A stretch of DNA of 64,000 bases, from positions 5,828,001 through 5,892,000 of the forward strand of contig JBHGNT010000012.1 of assembly GCA_043228905.1 (NCBI GenBank). Direction: 5' to 3'. Source of the stretch: Azolla caroliniana. Taxonomy: Eukaryota; Plantae; Polypodiophyta. Under the pieces are notes generated by a model. That model saw nothing but the letters and a program-made list of their open reading frames with translations. It was not told where the DNA came from and did not search any database. This document shows, piece by piece, positions 1 to 9,777 of the stretch. How positions within the stretch are numbered: the stretch's first letter is position 1; every line of letters begins with the position of its first letter. Made by a program: the position numbers and the translations under genes.

Positions 1-243
1 TGCGCAGTAGTGAGTATTTCCTTTCTTTTTACATTTATGTCTCTTTCTTTTTACATTTGCCGGTATGCCGTTTTCTTCCTTGCCGGTATGCCGTTTTCTT
101 CCTTGCCGTTTTCTTCCTTGCCGGTATGCCGTTTTCCTCCTTGACGGTATGCCGTTTTCTTCCGGTTCTTACCGAGCACTCCATTCTCTATCCGGAGGGA
201 CAAAAATATAATTTCCACATAGTGTGCAACCTACACTACGACA
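1..243 (-). repeat. Gypsy-1 3' LTR (partial)
   Basis: Identical to 6515-6719 except 38 bp more of the TTGCCGGTATGCCGTTTTCTTCC tandem repeat; minus strand begins TGTCGTAG right after the PPT. Confidence 0.95.
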
Positions 244-3200
244 CTCGCCCCCTCCAAACCCGCACATCCTCCGGTATGTGCCGAAGTTCTTGATTCTTCA
301 TATCTGTCTTCATCCGAAGCTTCCTCCGATTCTCCCCTTATGTCGACTATGAGTTGTAATCCACTTTCTTCGCTTCCCGCATCATTGTGGTCTTCGTCCG
401 ATTGCTCCTCGTTGTTGGCCTCGACTTGGATCACATAAGGTTTGTCGTCGGTCCGCTTCTTGAAAATCTTCACCCGTTTCCCGGCTATAGGCACTCGTAG
501 TATTGTTCCATCCAACTCGGACAGTCGGTACGTCCCGTTGTCGAAGACCTTCCGAACCTCGTACGGCCCGAACCACCTTTTCGCGAATTTCCGCATCGTT
601 GTATGTTGATGGTCCAAGCTACTATCATAGACGATCACCCAATCTCCTTCTTCAATCCTCCTCGGTCGTAGTCGGTGCTTTGTGTCGAACCGGCTTTTGT
701 TCCGGAACCGTGCTTCTTGTTGTCGGCGTGACGCTTCCGCTACATCTTTCGGTCTTCCCTCCAGTTGTCGTATCCGGACCGCTAGTAGTTCTTCCCGGCT
801 CATCTCTTCCTTCCACGGTAGTATTGTCCATGTCGCGATTGCGGTTTCCGTTGGCATTACCGGTGCTTGTCCGGTCATGAGTTCTGCCGGCATGTAACCG
901 GTCACGGAGCTATGCGTCGTCCGATCCGCCCATAGTGCATACGGAAGCATTTGTGGCCAATCCTTCACCCTTCCGTCGCATGCCTTCGCAAGTGCTTTCA
1001 CGATCGGACTATGTCCTCGTTCGATCTTCCCGTTGGCCTCCGGATTGTAGGCCGTTGTCAACGTTAACCGAACTCCATGTTTGGCGAAGAATCCCCTAGC
1101 TTTGTCCGAGTCGAGTTCTCCCCGGTCCGCAATCACTTGTCCTACGCAGCCGTACCTACAAAACACTTCTTCCAAAAGAAATTGGCACACCGCGGCACAC
1201 GTTTTCCTCCGAAGCGCCCGACCTTCAACTTGGTTTGTGAGATCTTCTCGAGCTAACACCAAGTATTTCTTTTGTCCAATCCCGGTCGGCATAGCTACAA
1301 TGTCGACCATCCACTTGAAGTTGATTGTCGGTGAGAATGTCGGATGCAGCTCATCTCGGTGTCGGACCCCGGAGTAGACTTGACATTTCTCGCAGCTTTC
1401 TGTGAACTCCGCGACATCTTTATACATGTTCTTCCACCAATATCTTTGCTTGATTTTCACAAAAGTTGCCCATGTTCCTCGATGTCCAGCCCAATCGGAT
1501 TCGTGGAACTCGGACATTATCCGGTTTCGTTGCTCTTTCGTCCCGACTACTCGAAGTGGTATCCCATCCGGTCTTTTTGGCGTCCTCCATATTAAACCGT
1601 TTTCCAAGAAGAACTTTTGGACTTGCCTCTTCATCCTTCGGATCTCGGCTCTCCTTTCTTTATCATTGGTTGAATCCTCGACCTCTTGTAGCATCTTCCC
1701 GATCATCAAGGTTTCCCCCTCGTATTCTTCTTCCCGGAATTCTCGGATCACGTTCACTCGGCATATGTGTTCTGACGTGAAGTAGTCTTCGGAAACTTCT
1801 TCATTATCTGATTCGGTTATGTCGTCTTCAAACCGCGCCCTCGATAACATGTCCGCTACCGCGTTGTCCTTCCCCGAGATGTGTCGAACCTCCGGATTAA
1901 GTGACTTGACATATGCAATCCACCTTAGCATAGCCACATCCGGTATCGTACAACACCGCATCATCCCGAGTATCGGAAGACAATCCGTCTCGATCACCAC
2001 TTCAGCTCCGATCAAATAATCCCGATCCGATTTTATCACCGACAAGACTCCCCACAATTCTCTTTTGATTTGTGCATATCCGCGTTGCCTTTCGTTGAGG
2101 ACCTTTGCTCCAAATCGGATCGGATACCGCGAACCATCCGAGTCGGCTTGATTGATGACCCACCCGATACCGGTTGGACTTGTATCAACCGTTACTATGA
2201 TTGGCCGCTCGTAGCTTGGCTTCTTAAGTGATTCCGCCCTCCATAGTGTCTTCTTGAGCTTCCTCATGGCTTTAGTGTGTTCCGGTTTCCACTCGAATTT
2301 CTTACCTTTCCGCAACAAGTGATAGAGCGGGTCCGCTATATGTGCATAGTGCGGAATCCATATGTGATAGAATGCACACGCACCTAGAAACCTTCGGACT
2401 TCCGATGTTGACTCACATACTTCCTTCATAGCTTGAATCGCATCGATCTTTGTTGGTGACGGTCTTCGGCCGTAGGGTCCACATAGATGTCCGACCACCA
2501 ATATTTCTTCTTGCCCGAATGCCGATTTCTCCCCGGAAAGTGTTAGGTGCACATCTTCTAGCTTTCGCAACACTTTCTCGCAATCATGAATATGGTCGAC
2601 CACGAACTTTCGGCATCCCCGATCATCCATAGTCTCATCTTTTTCTTCCACCACGCATCCTTTCATCGGAATGTCATCTAGAAACGGCATCGTTATCTCC
2701 GGGACGCAATCTCGAAGCACCTTGTTCATCGCGTTCATCATATGTGCAACCGAGTTTGTCGCTCCTTGTGGTAGTGTGCACATTCGAACTAGTCCTATCG
2801 GTGTCCGCATGGTAGTGATGTCTCGGCTCTCCACGGCTAGTTGGAATTGGTCATACCCCGAGTATAGGTCCCCGATGGAGTATATCGCACGTCCGGCAAA
2901 AGCTTCCGCGAATTCGTCCACTATCGGACCGACTCCCGAGTTCCGGATCGTGACCTTGTTCACCGGTTGCAAGTCTTGGATGAATCGGAGTGACCCATTC
3001 TTCTTCGGAACCGTAAACCATCGATTTGAGTACGGAGCACTTGATGGCTCTAGAATCCCCATCGCCACCTTCTCCTTGAGCAAGTCGATGACTTTCGGAA
3101 TATGCGCCCGTGGCACCGGAATCGGCTTCAGGTTCCACGGTACATGATCAATCGTGAAGATCACCATCGGCTCCACTATCTTTGGATCAATGCATCCGAT

Positions 3201-3839
3201 CTCCCTCGATGTGAACGCGAATGCTTTGCCATGTTGTTCCAACATCTCTCGAAACCGTTTTTCTTCTTCTTGTAAGAGGAACCCACCTCCACCGATCCGA
3301 AGTTTCTTCCGGGTCTCATTTGTGAAGGCATGTCCGATATCCACGGTCTTCCGAAGTGTCGGATCTCCCGAGACTTCTTTCCTCTTTTGTTCGCTATCAG
3401 CGGGTAATGGTCCCGCGGCCGGTTTCACCTTTTTCTCCACGGTCTTGTATTTCGTACTTACCATTGCTTCTTCTTTGCGGAGCGCATCCGGCCCCATTTT
3501 CGCAACGATCTCGTACATCTCGACCGATTCCACCGGGACTACCCGGTTCCCTTGGCTTTTATCTTTCGCAAGCTCTTCAAGCCGTTGTAGTGTATTCCCA
3601 TAGAACACTTCCTCGATCACTCCCACGATTTCTTCGTCTTCTTTTATTATTGATGCCGACCGTAACTTATCCTCCACTTGTCGGTATTGTTTCTTCATTC
3701 CTCCGGTTACGACCGTGTACGTAGATGCCCCATCCGGGCCGATTCGTACTTGTTTTGCTCCGAGACTTTTCTTCCTGTGTGGGGTATCAGGGCTTCTCGG
3801 ACTATCACTTCCCCACTCCGCAACAGTCCGCTTTAAAAA
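231..3839 (-). CDS. pol: Gypsy-1 Pol (RT-RNase H-integrase); first ATG at 3698 but the frame is open upstream past the gag stop
   Basis: 1155-aa ORF with RT motifs LPQG and PFLDD, RNase H VDTS/ETDC, HHCC zinc finger, DDE integrase (MVDIV, IADRGE, GKIER) and GPY/F; stop lies inside the 3' LTR. Confidence 0.95.
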   Translation of the reverse strand, partial: FLKRTVAEWGSDSPRSPDTPHRKKSLGAKQVRIGPDGASTYTVVTGGMKKQYRQVEDKLRSASIIKEDEEIVGVIEEVFYGNTLQRLEELAKDKSQGNRVVPVESVEMYEIVAKMGPDALRKEEAMVSTKYKTVEKKVKPAAGPLPADSEQKRKEVSGDPTLRKTVDIGHAFTNETRKKLRIGGGGFLLQEEEKRFREMLEQHGKAFAFTSREIGCIDPKIVEPMVIFTIDHVPWNLKPIPVPRAHIPKVIDLLKEKVAMGILEPSSAPYSNRWFTVPKKNGSLRFIQDLQPVNKVTIRNSGVGPIVDEFAEAFAGRAIYSIGDLYSGYDQFQLAVESRDITTMRTPIGLVRMCTLPQGATNSVAHMMNAMNKVLRDCVPEITMPFLDDIPMKGCVVEEKDETMDDRGCRKFVVDHIHDCEKVLRKLEDVHLTLSGEKSAFGQEEILVVGHLCGPYGRRPSPTKIDAIQAMKEVCESTSEVRRFLGACAFYHIWIPHYAHIADPLYHLLRKGKKFEWKPEHTKAMRKLKKTLWRAESLKKPSYERPIIVTVDTSPTGIGWVINQADSDGSRYPIRFGAKVLNERQRGYAQIKRELWGVLSVIKSDRDYLIGAEVVIETDCLPILGMMRCCTIPDVAMLRWIAYVKSLNPEVRHISGKDNAVADMLSRARFEDDITESDNEEVSEDYFTSEHICRVNVIREFREEEYEGETLMIGKMLQEVEDSTNDKERRAEIRRMKRQVQKFFLENGLIWRTPKRPDGIPLRVVGTKEQRNRIMSEFHESDWAGHRGTWATFVKIKQRYWWKNMYKDVAEFTESCEKCQVYSGVRHRDELHPTFSPTINFKWMVDIVAMPTGIGQKKYLVLAREDLTNQVEGRALRRKTCAAVCQFLLEEVFCRYGCVGQVIADRGELDSDKARGFFAKHGVRLTLTTAYNPEANGKIERGHSPIVKALAKACDGRVKDWPQMLPYALWADRTTHSSVTGYMPAELMTGQAPVMPTETAIATWTILPWKEEMSREELLAVRIRQLEGRPKDVAEASRRQQEARFRNKSRFDTKHRLRPRRIEEGDWVIVYDSSLDHQHTTMRKFAKRWFGPYEVRKVFDNGTYRLSELDGTILRVPIAGKRVKIFKKRTDDKPYVIQVEANNEEQSDEDHNDAGSEESGLQLIVDIRGESEEASDEDRYEESRTSAHTGGCAGLEGASVVV
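244..260 (-). other. Polypurine tract of Gypsy-1
   Basis: GGTTTGGAGGGGGCGAG on the minus strand immediately before the 3' LTR. Confidence 0.85.
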
Positions 3840-3842
3840 TCC
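3779..3842 (-). promoter_or_regulatory. Putative -1 programmed ribosomal frameshift signal (G GAU UUU plus stem-loop or pseudoknot)
   Basis: Heptamer GGATTTT (3842-3836) just before the gag TAA; pol is in the -1 frame and open through it; 9-bp stem CGGACTGTT/GATAGTCCG starts 5 nt downstream; same arrangement at 25969-26013. Confidence 0.8.
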
Positions 3843-5872
3843 ATTCTCACTTGGGACAAGAGTTCCCTCTTGTTCCTTTCGTGATTTGCTGGCACCGTTA
3901 GGAATTGGACGGATTTCCCTCCGTTTTGGCTCCGAATTCGCGCAAAAGCCGCACCACTATCGAGCACCTTCGTCTCCATCCGTGAAGCCGTGATAAAGGG
4001 TTGGCCGAGGATGACAGAATGTGAAACCTCATCCTGCACAAAGAAATTTTGGTCAATTTCGACATCCCCGATCTTTACCGTCACATCCGGACAAGCCGCA
4101 AATAGGTCTTCTGTCGTTTTCGTGGCTGCCCGAATCTTCCATCCATGGTTGGTGTTTATAGGCCACTTCCCCTTTCGGTAGAACTCCTTGGACATCAAGT
4201 TGATCTCCGATCCGTGATCAATCAATGCTAGCACGGGTTCTTTGATGTTGCCGATTCGGACCGGAGTCTCCGTAGTCGCACGTGCCCAGTGTGGCCTTGT
4301 ATAGTGGGAGTTCGGAATTTCGCCTTCCACTTCGGTGTCGTTCATTGAAACGGTATTTGCATTCACCCTTGGAGCATTTTCCTCCGTACTTTGTCTCTTC
4401 CTTTTCACGAGATCCACGAGAAGATCGTGAAACTCCTTCTTCGCTATTCCGAGTAGTTCCCGCAGCGAAAAATCTACCCGGCTATCCAAGATTCTTTCCT
4501 CGAACACTCTTTTCAAGTCGGTTTGTTGTTCTATGTCCGAGGCGAGCTTGAATGCCGGAGTCGCCTTTTCTTTTCCCTTACCTCCGGAGTTCCAGCTTTC
4601 CGGTATCTTCGATGGTCCGGCCGCATCCTCCATGCGCCGTCGTTTCTCGTCCACATACACCTCATGTAATTGACACAGGGCGTATATGCTATTCTTGTCG
4701 ACAGGGCACTCCCATCCCGTAGCTTCCCGGACGCCTTCCGCGGTGTTTCGGATATCGTTGGAGTCGGTTTTCTCGGTGTTTCCTAGCACCTCCGGCCAGA
4801 AAGACGCCTTCGCTCCCGTTGACTCCCCGACACATATTCCCGCGGTTGTCGCATAGTTGCTTCTTGCCGCTAACTCCTCCTCGAGCACCTTCTTCATGCC
4901 GCCTTTCCGGAAGTTCGGTCGGAGTGGCTTCCGAGAGTCCATCGAATGAATCCGGTTTCCCTCGTAGTAGATGAGATCCCGTCGTAGTGCCTCCTTATGG
5001 TCGTCGCAATCCCTCCGATCGTGTTCGGCGCTATCGCACCATATGCACCGTCGATCCGTATATTTGGAGCTTGTGGGGCGGTCATCCGACTTCTTCACCA
5101 TCGCGATCTTTAGATTCTCCATCTCCTTCAGCAGCTGCTCCACCGTAGACGCGTCGACTCCCTTCTCGGCCGTAATCTCCCGAGCCCTCGGTTGATGGTC
5201 TTCCAGTCCCGTTCTCGGTTTCGGAATCGGTTCCGAAACCCTCTTTTCTTCGTTGGCAAGCCATTGCCCCCTCTTCGTGTACCGCGCGACGATATCCCGC
5301 ACGCTTTCCCATGTTTCGGTGAGGCCGCTTTCGGTGGTCGTGTCCTCAAGAAGCACTCCGAGATCTTTCCGGTCCCGGACGTCCACAGCTCGCAAAAACA
5401 TGATGACTTTGTCCGGTGCAAGAATAGTTTGATCTCTCGCGGACAACCTCCCGAACCGACTTTCGAATGTCGAAAACACTTCGAGGACCTTCAGCCCCTT
5501 ACCTGACGTTTCCACCCAATCCTCGAATCCCCTCCGCGTTGCCTTGGAGGAGTCCTCGATGGCAAACGTGGTCTTTAACGCCTCTTCGAATGCTTCCCAC
5601 GTCGGATTTTGTTGTTGCAACCCGTGGATACTCCCTTGAAGCCCGTCGGTCGCCACCCGGTTAAAGGATGTCACTTGCAGTCCTTCCGAAGCCCGGCACC
5701 GGAGCATCTCCGCCTTGTAGTCCTGCAAATATCGCGACACATCCTTACCATTAAATTGCCCGTTGCGTTGCACGAGCCGCTCTACTGATGCCGAAATCTC
5801 CGACATCGTGCGTTGTTCTTGAAGCATCCGTTCGAACATCGCCATCATATTGTTAGCTTGTTGAGCCTCCAT
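3833..5872 (-). CDS. gag: Gypsy-1 Gag-aspartic protease
   Basis: First ATG after the PBS (MEAQQ); zinc knuckle CIWCDSAEHDRRDC; protease LIDHGSEIN ... ILGQPF. Confidence 0.92.
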   Translation of the reverse strand: MEAQQANNMMAMFERMLQEQRTMSEISASVERLVQRNGQFNGKDVSRYLQDYKAEMLRCRASEGLQVTSFNRVATDGLQGSIHGLQQQNPTWEAFEEALKTTFAIEDSSKATRRGFEDWVETSGKGLKVLEVFSTFESRFGRLSARDQTILAPDKVIMFLRAVDVRDRKDLGVLLEDTTTESGLTETWESVRDIVARYTKRGQWLANEEKRVSEPIPKPRTGLEDHQPRAREITAEKGVDASTVEQLLKEMENLKIAMVKKSDDRPTSSKYTDRRCIWCDSAEHDRRDCDDHKEALRRDLIYYEGNRIHSMDSRKPLRPNFRKGGMKKVLEEELAARSNYATTAGICVGESTGAKASFWPEVLGNTEKTDSNDIRNTAEGVREATGWECPVDKNSIYALCQLHEVYVDEKRRRMEDAAGPSKIPESWNSGGKGKEKATPAFKLASDIEQQTDLKRVFEERILDSRVDFSLRELLGIAKKEFHDLLVDLVKRKRQSTEENAPRVNANTVSMNDTEVEGEIPNSHYTRPHWARATTETPVRIGNIKEPVLALIDHGSEINLMSKEFYRKGKWPINTNHGWKIRAATKTTEDLFAACPDVTVKIGDVEIDQNFFVQDEVSHSVILGQPFITASRMETKVLDSGAAFARIRSQNGGKSVQFLTVPANHERNKRELLSQVRMDF

Positions 5873-5889
5873 CTCCTTGCCACCCGTTT

Positions 5890-5906
5890 TCACGTCGGGT
5901 TCACCA
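5890..5906 (-). other. Primer-binding site complementary to tRNA-Trp
   Basis: Plus strand TCACGTCGGGTTCACCA matches the 3' end of plant tRNA-Trp(CCA) as recalled; 4 nt from the LTR. Confidence 0.85.
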
Positions 5907-5910
5907 ACTG

Positions 5911-6719
5911 TGTCGTGCCTTTCGGCTCCGGATCGTTGCGTGAGTCGGGTGGGAACCACAGAGGTCTTGGACTAGGAGAAAGAAGTTCGTGAGATAGAGA
6001 TTAATTATGAGTAAATAGCAAAGAGAAAGACAAGAAACTCGTGAATCACACGAGTATACTATATTAATTGGTACTTAGGGTGTTAAGAGAGAAGTAGATG
6101 TATAAATCGTGAATCCCACGAATAATTTTTGTATTGATTAATACTTAATCCAAATAATCAACAACCCTTTACATATTTTTCTCCTCCTTATATAAGGAAA
6201 GAAGAGCTAAGCATGGCTTCCTGCTTTTTTTTTTTTTTACAAAAAGTGTTCATGTCCACTAAATGTCCATGTGATGCTTTTTTTATTTCCTAAGTATAGG
6301 GCTCATGCACGCTAGATGTGCATGAGTTATTTTTAGTGTCTCGCGTTTTTCTTTTTCATATATTAAAAAAATACACGATTTACCTTTTAATAAAGGTATG
6401 CATAAATAAAGGTCTTATACGTATTAAATCTATATTTAAAACACTTAAGATAAGTTAATGTAATGGTAAGGTTGGGGTTTGTCAACGTGGAGGTGCAGAG
6501 TTCGAATCACGCCCTGCGCAGTAGTGAGTATTTCCTTTCTTTTTACATTTATGTCTCTTTCTTTTTACATTTGCCGGTATGCCGTTTTCTTCCTTGCCGG
6601 TATGCCGTTTTCCTCCTTGACGGTATGCCGTTTTCTTCCGGTTCTTACCGAGCACTCCATTCTCTATCCGGAGGGACAAAAATATAATTTCCACATAGTG
6701 TGCAACCTACACTACGACA
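5911..6719 (-). repeat. Gypsy-1 5' LTR (about 809 bp)
   Basis: TGTCGTG...CTACGACA inverted termini, TATA-like CCTTATATAAGG near 6187, flanked by CCGG. Confidence 0.92.
6449..6545 (+). ncRNA. tRNA-like Pol III cassette inside the Gypsy-1 LTR (not a canonical tRNA)
   Basis: A-box-like TAATGTAATGGTAAG (6456), B box GTTCGAATC (6500) at tRNA-like spacing, T-run near 6540; no proper acceptor stem. Confidence 0.55.
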
Positions 6720-8825
6720 CCGGTTCTTCCTTTCGGCCACACCGTTTTGCTCCGGTGTGTATCTGCAGCTAAACTCTCGCCAAATTCCCTTCTGCTCACC
6801 AATGCGGTTTTGTATGTAGACGGCCGTCTGGACCGCCTCCGCCCAGTAGAACCGGGGCATGCTCTTTTCCTCCAGCATTGCCCTTGCCGCTTCGACGAGT
6901 GTCCGGTTCTTCCTTTCGGCCACACCGTTTTGCTCCGGTGTGTATCTGCAGCTAAACTCTCGCCAAATTCCCTTCTGCTGCAGATAACTAGTGAATTGGC
7001 CGGAAAAATATTCCTTTCCGCCATCCGACCGAAGGCATTTGATTTTCCTCTCCGATTCTCGTTCCACCATCTTCTGGAGGCTCCGGAAACAGTCAAAGAC
7101 TTCGCTCTTCCGCTCAATGAGGTAGATCCAAGTATGTCGAGTATAGTCGTCGATGAAGGAGACGAAGTATCGGCTCCCGCCAAGGCTTACACTTTGTGCC
7201 GGTCCCCACACATCCGAATGGATGAGATCGAGCTTGTTACGGCTCCGGTTCCGTTCGGTGGGGAATGGAAGCCGGTGTTGCTTCCCAAGTTGGCAGGCTT
7301 CACAAATTTCGGCTCTCCGGCCGTTGAGCTTCGGCAAACCGAAAACGACTTGTTTCGTTTGCAGATCTTGAAGCCTCCGGTAGTTGACGTGGCCTATCCG
7401 CTTATGCCACGGGTCGATGTTTGACTCGACCTTCTGTCGTTTCGCGAACAGAGCAGTGCCAAAGTCATTGGTGTTGAGGATAAACATCCTCCCGTCTCTG
7501 CGCCCTTGCGCAATGACTTCGCCCTCATCCTCAATGAAGCACCCGAGGTGCGTAAACCGCACCTGCATCCCCTGGTCGACAATCTGACCGACGGACACCA
7601 GGTTCTTCGTGATTGTCTGAACGTGTAGTACGTTCATCAGCTTCCCTTTCTGTCCGACGTGGCTTAGAGGGACTTCTCCGACATGCACGATTGGGTGAGG
7701 AGTGTCGTCTCCGGTTTCGACTACTCCTGGTTGATCCGGTTTCTCCAGAAAGGAGAACCACTCTTTGTGGCTCATCATTTGGTTCGACGCGCCGGAATCA
7801 ACATACCACACTTCCTTCGTTTTGGAAGTGGTCTTCTTCATTGAGTTTGCCTTGTGATTCATCACCAAGGCTGGCCCCTTACCGGCCTTTCCGGTTCCGG
7901 ATCCTCCTGATCCGTTTGCGTAGTGCGAGTTTTGCCGGCCATCCTTACCGGTCTTGCCGGATCCGGATTTGTCCGAATCGGCACGCTTTCTCCAGCACTC
8001 GCTTTCCCTGTGGCCTTTTTTGCCACAGTACCAGCATTCTGTAGCGGATTTGTCTTGCCTGCCTCCGGCACCGCCTTGACTCCCCCTGCTTGTGGAAGTC
8101 TCGGAATTGCTGTCGGCACGCTCATAGTGCCTCCGTTCCTGCTCTTGCCGGCCGCCTCCATTGCGTGCCGACCCACCTCTTCCACCACGCCCACGGAACT
8201 GATCCGTTCCCGTGTACAGCATTCGGCTGTCTGGGGATGCACTGGTAGATGCACCAGCGTGGTTCTCCTCTACAAGGAGCATCGACTGTAAGTCGAAGAA
8301 TGAGGGGGTATTCTCCCTTGTACACACCGCAGTCCGGAACGCTCCGAACTTGGATGCCAGGCCTCCGAGACATACCTGCACCATCTCGTCTTCCTCTACG
8401 GTAACATTGATAGAGGCAAGCGAGTCGCAGATCTCCTTTATCCGGCCCGTGTAGTCTGCCACGAACATGTTCTTCTGTCGAACATTGCTCAACTCCTGTC
8501 TGAGTTGCAACTTCCGGGCAGTGGTGCTTGCGGCGAAAACCTTTTTCAGGTTCCCCCAAGCATCCTTCGGTGTCTTGGCGTCACAGATGTGGCTGAGCAG
8601 CTGATCGCCGACACTGGACGCAAAGCAGTACATCACCCTGCTTGCCGCCTGTTCCCATACCGGGAAGTCCTTGTGTGCCGATTCTGGCGCCGCATCATTC
8701 GCTCCTTCGACATAACTCCATTACCCGTGTCCAAGCAGGTACTGGTGCATCTTGTAAGACCAGGATGCGTAGTTGCTCCTGTCGAGCTTCTCCACCGGGA
8801 GCGACGTAGCCATGCCTCTATCCAT
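6720..8825 (-). pseudogene. Copia-A gag-PR-INT polyprotein, disrupted
   Basis: Starts MDRGMATSLPVEKL with an in-frame stop near 8722; in-frame duplication in the integrase; truncated by the Gypsy-1 insertion. Confidence 0.85.
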
Positions 8826-8958
8826 GTCTTCTACTGTGTCTGTTTTCGACCTGTTAGGGTTTTCTTCTCAAGAGCAAATGTCTGCAGCAGAGGTTCTCAA
8901 CCCTCGTGCTCTGATACCATGTAAACGTAAGTGTTTGCTGAAGCGTAAAACAGAGAAC

Positions 8959-8998
<40 letters not shown>

Positions 8999-9334
8999 GA
9001 GAGAGCAGAACACAATTTCAAAATTATATCGAGACTCTATATACACACTGTGCTAAGTAGCACTATTTATACAAGTCCTCTTGGGACTGACAGAAGTACC
9101 ATGTACTTCAATGCTCACACGAGTATCTGACACTTACGACGAGACTATAGCTACCTAGTAGTCTATCCTATACTAGGCTTCTGATTGGACTTCCGGTTAC
9201 GGATTGCACCCGGCCTCCACTGCTTGCCGGTTCGGTTGCTCACCGTCATACCGATCCGTTTCGCCCGATCCGTTTCGCTTACCGGCTCCGGCTTATTCAG
9301 CCGATCCGGCTCCGGTTGAGCTTGCCGCTCAACA
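6720..9334 (-). mobile_element. Ty1/copia element 'Copia-A' (5' LTR, gag, PR, integrase), interrupted by Gypsy-1
   Basis: LTR 8920-9334 (TGTAAAC...CTCAACA), iMet PBS TGGTATCAGAGC at 8908-8919, CWYCGKKGHRESEC knuckle, WYVDSGAS protease, integrase core. Confidence 0.92.
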
Positions 9335-9777
9335 AGGAATAATCTCCGACCACAACCGAAGTGTAGATCACTTGATGACAATCAAACACAGAAAAAATGG
9401 GAATGAAGGTAAGTACACAAACAGAAAGAGAATACACAGGATGTTGACGTGGAAAACCCTGAGAGGGAAAAACCACGGGAGTCCACAGACTCCAAACTAT
9501 CACTATGTCAAAGAGTACAACAAGGAGCACAGAGGCAACGACCTCTTGCACACAATATTCACCTGGCGGCGGTTACAACAGGGACGCTCTGTATCTCTCT
9601 CTCTCTCTCTCTGTATAGTCGTTACACCAATTACCCTATATCAAGATAATAATAGCAACTATAATATGTTTTATACACTGTTTGCCCTAGGTCACATTTA
9701 TACTAATATGACATTAGGACTATTTACAGATATAGCCCCAATGGGCTCCCAGAAACATATCTATATATATGTCCCTT

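Larger units (their letters stand above)
1..6719 (-). mobile_element. Ty3/gypsy non-chromovirus (Phygy-like) LTR retrotransposon 'Gypsy-1', apparently intact and young; 3' LTR runs off the left edge
   Basis: Two LTR copies (1-243 matches 6515-6719), TG...CA ends, tRNA-Trp PBS, PPT, uninterrupted gag-PR and RT-RH-INT ORFs, no chromodomain. Confidence 0.95.

Noticed and set aside
503-5664. Many overlapping antisense and alternative-frame ORFs over Gypsy-1
   Set aside because: Shadow ORFs of a GC-rich coding strand; none has recognisable domains
5873-5959. N-terminal extension of the 708-aa ORF
   Set aside because: Begins at a GTG inside the LTR and crosses the PBS; the ATG at 5872 is the more plausible start
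6449-6520. Functional tRNA-Asp gene
   Set aside because: The acceptor and anticodon stems do not pair; kept only as a tRNA-like cassette
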